Notes: generated by a model from the letters alone, not told the origin. Counted from the first letter of the stretch, positions 8,063 through 15,525 are shown. The stretch is DNA of 47,714 nucleotides from Bacillota bacterium (GCA_023458615.1 JAEWYV010000053.1:1-47714), one strand, 5' to 3'. Program-made: numbers and translations.

Positions 8063-9850
8063 TTAAATTGGGGGTGGCAGAACGTTTACAAAACTGCTAG
8101 ATTCGCTTAGTAGATCTTCGGAAGGGCTATCGCTGGTGAACATCTCAAGAGCAAATTTGCAATTAAGGTATAGCTGAGATAGATATGCATACTTCCTCGC
8201 AGTAATATCAGGACTGAATTTGCTCTTGGAATGTGCCGCGTTAATTCTGTTATCAAACTCGATTTTAAGAGTTTTTTCTGCTGATAGCTTTAGTGATTCG
8301 ATACATGACACGATTCTCTTATTGCTTATTCGAGTTAGCGAATCTTTATCAATAGTCCATAGGTTACTCTTCTCCTCATCATCAAAACTTCCGATTCCAA
8401 CTTCATCGAAGAGGATTTCTACTTGTTTATCTCCTAATACTAAAAAACCATTATTGCCGTATGGTTGCTCCCCTCTTGACAAATTCTTCACTTCGAGAAA
8501 AATCAGAACACCATTTACATTTAGTAAGTTGCGTATTAATTTGAATGTATTTTCCCAATCTTCTAAAGGGATTTCATGTAACACATTCATGAGGATTACA
8601 ACGTCAAATTTTCCATAATATTTAGTAAGTTTCGATTCTTCAGTGACCAACATAATTTTTGAATCATACTGGTATTTGCGGTCAGGTTTGGGTTCATAAG
8701 CAAAATAGTTTAACTGCAAGTTGCCATTTGAGTTTTCGTATTCGCTTTTGAATGAATCCCATATCCGGCATTTTCCGGCTCCAAAGTCGAGCACTTCTAA
8801 AGGTCTATCTTTTTGTATGTCTCTTAGTTTTGTTATTGTTCTGACAAACTGTTCGTTATTGGAATTCGTGTGTTCAATAACATCTGGCGAGTAAAAACAC
8901 TCTAATATAAACTTATAGAACTGCCAGCTTTCTATTGATTTTAGAAACTCAAATACATCGATATTTTCAAGACCAACTAAACAATTAAAAGCGTTTTTAT
9001 AAATACTACTGTTACGTCGTAAAACACGGCTATTTTCAACTAAAACAATGCTTTCGAAATCAAATAAAGGTACAAGGAATAAAGAGTGTGTAGCTACCCA
9101 AACTTCACTAATACTCTCGGATTCTAACAGCAGATTCATGAGAAAAATTTGCTTTTGAGGATGGAGATGTTGTTCGGGCTCATCGATAATTACAACCAGC
9201 TTTTTATTAGAAGTAGTTTCAATAAAAAATAAAAAGAGCGTAAAATAGAACAACATCAATTCCCCAGGTGAAATCTCTGTCGCCATAAACGCATCTTCCA
9301 AAGTGCAAGTATGCACTACTTCATTATTAAAATATTTATTTACAATGATTTCGTTTTTGTCTTCTTCGAATCTTCGATTCACTAGCTCTTGAAATATTTT
9401 ATTAAATTTATCAAGTGCTGCATATGCTTTCTTTCTTTCCGCGGGAGCTTTAATTTTTGCCAACCCAAAGAAGCCTTTTATGAAATTACAGCGATCTTCA
9501 GCCTGCTCAACGACCTTTAAAAAATCACAGTAGTTTATATCGATATTTCCGTGCAGCAAATCAAAGACATAAGGATTTTTTTCTTGTTCTAAGTCTACAT
9601 CATTATCCACGATTGTGTGTTCAAAAATGTGTGGTGATATCTCTGGAAAATAAAGAGTTACTGTGACAGGATCATCTTTACTCCGTTGCGTTTTTAAATC
9701 TTCAATGGCTTTAAGGAACCTAGTTTTCCCTGCGCCATTTTCGCCAATGACTAAATTCACATCAGAATAACTGATTTCGTCAGCATTCATAATGTGATGA
9801 GCTAGAAATGTTTTTTGATCGTTTTTTGAAAAATTGACCAACTTTCTCAT
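8063..9850 (-). CDS. ABC/OLD-type ATPase fused to a class-I SAM-dependent methyltransferase-like domain
   Basis: Walker A GENGAGKT, SPGE, Walker B VVIIDEPEQHLHP, ATHS. C-half has VLDFGAGKC (motif I), FDVVILMNVLHEIP and NGVLIFLE. Confidence 0.6.
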   Translation of the reverse strand: MRKLVNFSKNDQKTFLAHHIMNADEISYSDVNLVIGENGAGKTRFLKAIEDLKTQRSKDDPVTVTLYFPEISPHIFEHTIVDNDVDLEQEKNPYVFDLLHGNIDINYCDFLKVVEQAEDRCNFIKGFFGLAKIKAPAERKKAYAALDKFNKIFQELVNRRFEEDKNEIIVNKYFNNEVVHTCTLEDAFMATEISPGELMLFYFTLFLFFIETTSNKKLVVIIDEPEQHLHPQKQIFLMNLLLESESISEVWVATHSLFLVPLFDFESIVLVENSRVLRRNSSIYKNAFNCLVGLENIDVFEFLKSIESWQFYKFILECFYSPDVIEHTNSNNEQFVRTITKLRDIQKDRPLEVLDFGAGKCRIWDSFKSEYENSNGNLQLNYFAYEPKPDRKYQYDSKIMLVTEESKLTKYYGKFDVVILMNVLHEIPLEDWENTFKLIRNLLNVNGVLIFLEVKNLSRGEQPYGNNGFLVLGDKQVEILFDEVGIGSFDDEEKSNLWTIDKDSLTRISNKRIVSCIESLKLSAEKTLKIEFDNRINAAHSKSKFSPDITARKYAYLSQLYLNCKFALEMFTSDSPSEDLLSESSSFVNVLPPPI

Positions 9851-9874
9851 ATACAGCCCCGAAGTGTTTGATTA

Positions 9875-9903
9875 AATATATAATAGTATCTAGAAAAACA
9901 CAA
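9875..9903 (-). promoter_or_regulatory. Putative sigma-70 promoter for the minus-strand island operon
   Basis: On the minus strand: TTGTGT, 17 nt, TATATT, about 25 nt upstream of the ATG at 9850. Confidence 0.35.
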
Positions 9904-9969
9904 TCTTTTTTTCTTTCTCCTGTAAGTTACTGGTGTGGCTAAGTAATGACGATTTAAAAAGCGGAAAAT

Positions 9970-9999
9970 TTGCAGTAATATCGATCTTTGTGTTATAAT
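9970..9999 (+). promoter_or_regulatory. Putative extended -10 promoter for the plus-strand island operon
   Basis: TTGCAG (9970-9975), 18 nt, TGtTATAAT (9991-9999); AGGAGG SD at 10013-10018. Confidence 0.5.
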
Positions 10000-10023
10000 A
10001 TACTATTAAATTAGGAGGCGTTT

Positions 10024-10542
10024 ATGTTTATAAAAGCTTCTTCAGAATGCGAAGCGATAGAAAGAATTAAAGATGAAAAAGCGAATATTTCGCAGGGTGA
10101 AACTTTTTATATAGAAATTCAAAAGACGGCAAGCAGAGACACTCATGTGGAACCAAATAAACAATTTTACATGCCGATAATCGACAACGGGATAAAAATA
10201 AATCAAGATATAGTTTTTTGTAGTGGCAAAAGTATTTCTATTTTTCATGAGTTTTCAACAATATTCAATAATATTGATAATATGCCACAAAGTATCGGGC
10301 CATGTACAAAAAATGTTAATGATAATAAAGAATTGACCAGCTATTACATTTCGGTTCAGAGAAAAGAGGATTTGTTAATATTAACATTGAATCTGCATCG
10401 AATTGAAGTTGAGCATTTGCCCAATATTATTCATCAATGGGATCAGCTATGTTCAAGGCTTGTAAAGCATGTGAAATATAAGAACAAAGTGAAGCTTTGT
10501 ATCATAGGAAAAACAGGTGGGGAGAAGCTTGAGTTATTTTGA
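10024..10542 (+). CDS. Hypothetical protein (first gene of five-gene operon)
   Basis: 172 aa, strong SD, AT-rich codon usage consistent with neighbours. No motif recognised. Confidence 0.6.
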   Translation: MFIKASSECEAIERIKDEKANISQGETFYIEIQKTASRDTHVEPNKQFYMPIIDNGIKINQDIVFCSGKSISIFHEFSTIFNNIDNMPQSIGPCTKNVNDNKELTSYYISVQRKEDLLILTLNLHRIEVEHLPNIIHQWDQLCSRLVKHVKYKNKVKLCIIGKTGGEKLELF

Positions 10543-10978
10543 ATTATTACACACAGAAGCCATGAAGAGCGGATGTATGCTCCGAAAATATGCAGCTCTC
10601 GTTGAAAAAAATGGAGAAGTAGTCGGTCTCGGACACGCAACGGTTCCAAACGGGATGCCTTGTGAAGAACTGGGCTTTTGCACCCGCGAGTTAGCGCAAA
10701 AAGAAGTTGACAATAATGCCGAATGTTTCGAACATTGCAGAGTGGTTCACGCAGAAGTGTGTGCCATTCTCCAAGCTGAAAGAAATCTACTTCCAGGAGC
10801 CACGTTACATTTATTAGGAATTTGTTCAGAAAACAGGCAGATATACTCAGGAGCGTTTCCATGCGCATTATGTTTAAACATTATTGAATATGTTGGAATT
10901 AGTAGAATTTGCGTCTTTAGTGCTAGAAACGAACTAACAACTTTCATATTCAAGGAGGGCGTTTGGAATGCTTTGTAA
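10517..10978 (+). CDS. ComEB/dCMP-deaminase-family zinc deaminase
   Basis: GTG start behind AGGAAAA. VVHAEVCAI...GAFPCALCLNII catalytic zinc motif, plus upstream Cys-rich segment (CEELGFCTRE...CFEHC) as in dCMP deaminases. Confidence 0.7.
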   Translation: MGRSLSYFELLHTEAMKSGCMLRKYAALVEKNGEVVGLGHATVPNGMPCEELGFCTRELAQKEVDNNAECFEHCRVVHAEVCAILQAERNLLPGATLHLLGICSENRQIYSGAFPCALCLNIIEYVGISRICVFSARNELTTFIFKEGVWNAL

Positions 10979-11813
10979 ATCAGAAATCAAGGCTATTATT
11001 GAAAAGGGAGCAGTTGTCCCAAAGCCTAATGATGACACTTGGAATAATCCTGCAAAAATCGATCTTCGATTGGGAGAACTATGCTATGTTAGTAGCGATC
11101 CGGATAATATTATAGAACTGGCAAAAGACAGCGATTCTATAATTCTTCCTCCAAATGAAGTTCTGCTATTTCAATCACTCGAGAAATTCAACTTGCCAGG
11201 TAATATCGTTGCACATATGGGCCTTCGAATGAAATACATTTCAAAAGGTCTACTTATGCCAAATGCAACTCATATTGACCCAGGTTATAAAAATTATATA
11301 TTCGGACTTATTTATAATTTATCGAATCAAAATGTCCATATATTTTACAAGGAAGCTATAGCAACTATCGAGTTCGAAGAGATTAAGTTTTCGGGACTAG
11401 AATGCTCGCTTTACGAAGGTTCCATGCAGGAAACAAACTTTAAAACCTTTGTGCAAAATAGAGTAAAAAGTTCATTAGGAATGCTTCAAAAAAGGACAAG
11501 AAAAGCGGTTAGGAATTCAGAAAGGTCATTAAGGATCGGTGGTATCGTGCTTGCTTCAATCTCAGCGGTTATAACTGCAGTCACGCTAGTAATAGCGATA
11601 CCATCAATTTTGGGAATCACAAATTACCAGGATATTGAATACGAGTGTCAAGAGAATGTTCAAAAAATAGAAGAGCTTACAGCAAGGATAGATTCTCTTG
11701 AAAAACAGGTTAAGTATTATGAGAATAACACAATTGAAACTCAAATTGATCCCAATGCGTCGGATTCCGTCGATCAAGGGCTTACTCCAGGAGGATCCGT
11801 AGATGGCCAGTAA
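10968..11813 (+). CDS. dCTP-deaminase/dUTPase-fold protein with C-terminal TM helix and coiled coil
   Basis: AAGGAGGG SD. KIDLRLG...LPPNEVLLFQSLEKFNLP...THIDPGYKNYIFGLIYN aligns by eye with Dcd. GIVLASISAVITAVTLVIAIPSILGI is a TM segment, followed by heptad-like IEELTARIDSLEKQVKYYE. Confidence 0.6.
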   Translation: MLCKSEIKAIIEKGAVVPKPNDDTWNNPAKIDLRLGELCYVSSDPDNIIELAKDSDSIILPPNEVLLFQSLEKFNLPGNIVAHMGLRMKYISKGLLMPNATHIDPGYKNYIFGLIYNLSNQNVHIFYKEAIATIEFEEIKFSGLECSLYEGSMQETNFKTFVQNRVKSSLGMLQKRTRKAVRNSERSLRIGGIVLASISAVITAVTLVIAIPSILGITNYQDIEYECQENVQKIEELTARIDSLEKQVKYYENNTIETQIDPNASDSVDQGLTPGGSVDGQ

Positions 11814-13098
11814 AGAGGTCTCTCTTTTATATTATAATGGAACTGATGCAGCGCATTTTGGTAATTCGAGAAAAGAGTTCCCCCCGATCGGATTACTTTA
11901 CCTCGCAAGTTCTCTTGAAGCTCGAGGCTATTCGGTTGCATTATATGATATTCAGATGATGAGTCCAGATCACTTGAAAAAGATTAGCAATACTGTAATA
12001 GGATTAAGCATAAACGCTAGTTATGTCGTACCATACTTCGTTGATATTATAGAAAAGTTACCCAAAGCAAGGCTAATCATAGGAGGAGGGCAGCATGTTT
12101 CTGCTTCTCCAAGAGAGAGTATAGATCAATTCAGGCTTGATTTTGCGTTTATTGGTGAGAGCGAACATACTCTTCCAGACTTCTTAGATAACTATTTAAT
12201 TAGCAACATTGGATATGAAAATATTCCCGGTATCGCATACATAAAAAATAGAGAATACAAATATACTGGATTAGCTAGTCGGGAAAAATGCTTAGACGAT
12301 CTTCCATTTCCCGCCCGACATTTACTTCCAGAGCAAGATATACTGCTTGATAAACGAATATGGGGCAAGGATATAAAAAGCGTTTCCATGATTACATCTC
12401 GGGGGTGTGTATACAATTGTAATTTTTGCGGGAACCTTTATAAATCATTTTATCATCGTTCTGCACAAAATATTGAAAACGAGATAATCCATATCGAACA
12501 ACAATATCCCGAGGCAAAGGGTATAGTTTTCTTGGATGAAAATTTGTTGTTTTGTGAAGATCATATACTCGATTTATGTAATATAATGAAGAACCATAAT
12601 TTCCTGTGGACAGCGAATGCACGCGTTGATTATATGAATGAGACTGTAGGACAAGCTATGTATTCTTCAGGCTGTGTTGAAATTAAATATGGGGTTGAGA
12701 GCGGAAGTCAGAGAATTCTGAATCGCATGAATAAAAAAATCACCTTGCGTCAAGTGGAAACTGCATTAAAGTGCTCGGCAGAAGTTGGAATATATAATAA
12801 ATGCTTCCTCTTATATGGTTATCCTGGTGATAATATGGAGAGTTCTAATGAAACGATTGCGTTTCTTCAACGAAATCGGAGATATATTAATAGAGTAAAT
12901 TTATTTGATTATACTCCATTGCCAACATCTAGAGATTACCATACATTATTGCATAAAAATTCATATCAATGGGGAGATTTCAGGATATATCGGCAGCACC
13001 AACACTGGTGGGGTTCGGATAGTGAGTACGAAGAAATGTTAAAAGGTTATTTTAATTTAAAAGAATATATCGATAAAAATTTTACAGAAGAAGTGTGA
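11803..13098 (+). CDS. Radical SAM enzyme with B12-binding-like N-terminal domain
   Basis: AGGAGGA SD. CVYNCNFCG (CxxxCxxC). N-terminal PPIGLLYLASSLEARGYSVALYD resembles the cobalamin-binding domain of class-B radical SAM enzymes. Confidence 0.7.
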   Translation: MASKEVSLLYYNGTDAAHFGNSRKEFPPIGLLYLASSLEARGYSVALYDIQMMSPDHLKKISNTVIGLSINASYVVPYFVDIIEKLPKARLIIGGGQHVSASPRESIDQFRLDFAFIGESEHTLPDFLDNYLISNIGYENIPGIAYIKNREYKYTGLASREKCLDDLPFPARHLLPEQDILLDKRIWGKDIKSVSMITSRGCVYNCNFCGNLYKSFYHRSAQNIENEIIHIEQQYPEAKGIVFLDENLLFCEDHILDLCNIMKNHNFLWTANARVDYMNETVGQAMYSSGCVEIKYGVESGSQRILNRMNKKITLRQVETALKCSAEVGIYNKCFLLYGYPGDNMESSNETIAFLQRNRRYINRVNLFDYTPLPTSRDYHTLLHKNSYQWGDFRIYRQHQHWWGSDSEYEEMLKGYFNLKEYIDKNFTEEV

Positions 13099-13103
13099 AG
13101 TAG

Positions 13104-13712
13104 ATGGAAGAAGTCATGGTAATCAATATGCAAACCTTTATGAGTCTAGTTGATGATGGACTAGAAACAAATAGTGTGTACATTGACAAAAACAAGAAAC
13201 TTCTAGATAGAATTTTAGATACACACGAATATATACCCCGAAGCGTTGCCGAACAACAAAGTAATTATAAGCAAATAATACCTTATGCGGTTTTAAGCTA
13301 CCAGGATTATTTTTTTTGCCTAACTAGATTAAAAGCTCAAACAGAAACTAGACTTCATGGGAAACTATCCATTGGTGTTGGTGGCCATATCAACCCTATC
13401 GAAGAGGAGCATCCAGAACCCGTTCTAGCAGGTCTATATAGGGAGTTGTTTGAAGAAGTCGATATTTTTACAGATTATAGCCTGAAGTATATTGGTGTTA
13501 TTTATGAAGAAAGCAGTGAAGTAAGCTGTTTTCATCTTGGTCTTTTGTTTGTATTAAACGTTGATTTTCCACGCGTTATCGTAAGAGAACACGAAAAAAT
13601 GACAGGCGATTGGGTGTCGCTGGAAAAATTAAGGACCGCTTTAAATATTGAGACTTGGTCATCGTTGATTATTCAGAATTGGAACAATATTCAAAATACA
13701 ATCGAGATATAG
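13104..13712 (+). CDS. Nudix-like hydrolase
   Basis: GGHINPIEEEHPEPVLAGLYRELFEEVDI contains E-x7-RE-x2-EE-x-(D)-I, a Nudix-box variant with an insertion after the first Gly. The start codon could lie a few codons downstream. Confidence 0.5.
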   Translation: MEEVMVINMQTFMSLVDDGLETNSVYIDKNKKLLDRILDTHEYIPRSVAEQQSNYKQIIPYAVLSYQDYFFCLTRLKAQTETRLHGKLSIGVGGHINPIEEEHPEPVLAGLYRELFEEVDIFTDYSLKYIGVIYEESSEVSCFHLGLLFVLNVDFPRVIVREHEKMTGDWVSLEKLRTALNIETWSSLIIQNWNNIQNTIEI

Positions 13713-13813
13713 GCTTTGTGTAGATTCACTGTATAATCTATAAAAGAAATACGAATTCTTTGCTTCTCCAGATTTCTATCTAGTTCTGATGTAGATTACA
13801 CGATTCTTAAGCG

Positions 13814-14110
13814 CTATTTGTATGTTAAACTCTCCCTCATCTTTCCCCACAAATCATGCACAAAACTCGGTCCTCTACCCAACGCAACACCGGTGAGCGC
13901 ATAGAGTACATACAGCAGAACAGGTTCCGTGATCTCCACCATCCCCGCAAGGAAGTTGATCTTCGCTACCACGGCGATCACAACGCCAATCCCCATACTC
14001 ACGATCTCCGCAACGGTGATCTTGCCCGCGGTCTTGTCCCAGAGGGGTTTCAGCGTCTGTACGATCGCCTCCACAAAGAGCGCTAAGATAATCAAATTTG
14101 CCAAATCCAT
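13814..14110 (-). CDS. Holin-like small membrane protein
   Basis: 98 aa with three hydrophobic segments and a charged C-terminus; last gene of the lysis cassette. Confidence 0.55.
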   Translation of the reverse strand: MDLANLIILALFVEAIVQTLKPLWDKTAGKITVAEIVSMGIGVVIAVVAKINFLAGMVEITEPVLLYVLYALTGVALGRGPSFVHDLWGKMRESLTYK

Positions 14111-14126
14111 TTCATTCTCCTTTCAT

Positions 14127-14390
14127 TTATCCCACAGCATCATCGCTGTTGATTCCTGTTGTGCTGCCCTGTCCGGTGAACGGGTTCACTCTGCCGAGGA
14201 GCAGCTTGCCTGTTTTAAGGCCGGAGCAGATAAAGATTTCCGATCCCCAGAAGCCGTACCAGAGGCGGGAATACTCCGTGTCGATCCAGAAGTCATACTT
14301 CACCCGCAGCCAAAACAGCACCGCAGTATACGCCGTGATCGCCACCATGGACAGGCAGATGAACTTCGTCAGCGTCGGTATCTTCGCCAT
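14127..14390 (-). CDS. Small membrane protein of lysis cassette (function unknown)
   Basis: 87 aa, N-terminal TM FICLSMVAITAYTAVLFWL, immediately downstream of the endolysin. Confidence 0.45.
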   Translation of the reverse strand: MAKIPTLTKFICLSMVAITAYTAVLFWLRVKYDFWIDTEYSRLWYGFWGSEIFICSGLKTGKLLLGRVNPFTGQGSTTGINSDDAVG

Positions 14391-14399
14391 GCTCCCGCC

Positions 14400-15176
14400 T
14401 CACACATTGCCGTGCAGCACTTCCGACACAAGGTCGCCGAAGAGGTAGCCGACCGATCCGTTATAATCGATCTGATACCAGTCCTCAACCACACCGTAGA
14501 TGTTAAAGACATCGTTCTTTCGTGCCTTCCCAATAATCGTGTAATCCATCCCGGGTCCGCTGCGCACATTGCACCATTTGTTGATCTCGTCCACAACGAT
14601 CTTTCCGATTACCCTTAGATTGTCGGTTTCACCGGAATCCGCCGCCCCGTTGCCGTCCTCCAGCGCCATGAGCGTGTGTCCATCGCGCAGATAGATACCG
14701 CCGCGCTTCGCCAGCTTGTCGATGCTGAGATGCGCGCTGCCACTGTAGGACTTGAACTTGCCGGTCGCCATGAGGCGGGTGCGCATATCGCCCGTGTAGC
14801 CGATAGGTGCCATGTTCAGACCTGCGAGAATATAGCAACTGAGTATGAGGCTGGAACAGTCAAAATCGCCGCGCGCGCCGGACACTACGCCGCCGTTAGC
14901 CTTGATTGAATGGAAACCTTCCCAGCGTTGCGTTTTGCCCTGCGAGTAGCCGAAGGAATCGTCTGCGCAGATCTGCTCCATATACCGCGCGGCGCGCTCC
15001 GCCATGTCGGCGTCGGTGCATTCGAGGTAATATTTCCAGACGCGCCCGGCCTTGTTCTTGGCATACCATGTTGCCAACGCGATCTCTTTTCCTGTCTGGT
15101 CGCCCGTCGTTAACCCTATGGTCTTGCCCAGCTCGTCCATGACCGCGTGACCAATTTGAATCCCCATCTCATTCAC
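14400..15176 (-). CDS. Endolysin: cysteine-peptidase-type cell-wall hydrolase plus C-terminal SH3b domain
   Basis: GDFDCSSLILSCY and DGHTLMAL (Cys/His peptidase pattern). C-terminal NVRSGPGMDYTIIGKARKNDVFNIYGVVEDWYQIDYNGSVGY is SH3b-like. Confidence 0.7.
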   Translation of the reverse strand: MNEMGIQIGHAVMDELGKTIGLTTGDQTGKEIALATWYAKNKAGRVWKYYLECTDADMAERAARYMEQICADDSFGYSQGKTQRWEGFHSIKANGGVVSGARGDFDCSSLILSCYILAGLNMAPIGYTGDMRTRLMATGKFKSYSGSAHLSIDKLAKRGGIYLRDGHTLMALEDGNGAADSGETDNLRVIGKIVVDEINKWCNVRSGPGMDYTIIGKARKNDVFNIYGVVEDWYQIDYNGSVGYLFGDLVSEVLHGNV

Positions 15177-15471
15177 CCTCTTTGTCCGTCAACAACCGAT
15201 CAAGCCGGTCGATTCGCTTGTGTGCCGAATTGGAGGAGGATTCCACCGCGGACAAACGGCTGTAGACCTCGGTGTTCACCTTGCGTTGTTCGCGCTGCTC
15301 CATCTTGATGTCGTCGATGCCGCCCTTGATATATCCAATCTCCGTGAGGATGATCCCATCCCGCTTGCCTTCCGAGCTGTCGTCGGCCTTCTTGTTGCGC
15401 GAAAACGCCAGATAGGCAAACGCGATCGACGCAATCACGCCGAAGATACCGAGTACCGCTTCCCAATTCAT
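15169..15471 (-). CDS. N-terminally membrane-anchored coiled-coil protein (lysis accessory, XhlA-like?)
   Basis: TM LGIFGVIASIAFAYLAF followed by a charged helical region. Overlaps the endolysin start by 8 nt. Confidence 0.45.
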   Translation of the reverse strand: MNWEAVLGIFGVIASIAFAYLAFSRNKKADDSSEGKRDGIILTEIGYIKGGIDDIKMEQREQRKVNTEVYSRLSAVESSSNSAHKRIDRLDRLLTDKEGE

Positions 15472-15525
15472 GTGTATGTCCTCCCAATCAAAAAGAGCCT
15501 TTCGGCTCCTGTCGCTTTCACTTTG

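Noticed and set aside
9851-9863. 13-nt identity TACAGCCCCGAAG shared with 5660-5672.
   Set aside because: A handful of 13-mer coincidences are expected in a 47.7-kb window compared with itself. The identity does not extend and has no positional logic.
13713-13813. Search for a second att pair for the prophage core (13713-13813 versus 37665-37822), which would split the element into three tandem units.
   Set aside because: Only trivial matches of 7 nt or less (for example ATAAAAG) were found by eye. A local near-repeat TGTAGATTCAC / TGTAGATTACAC (13720/13789) has no partner at the integrase side.
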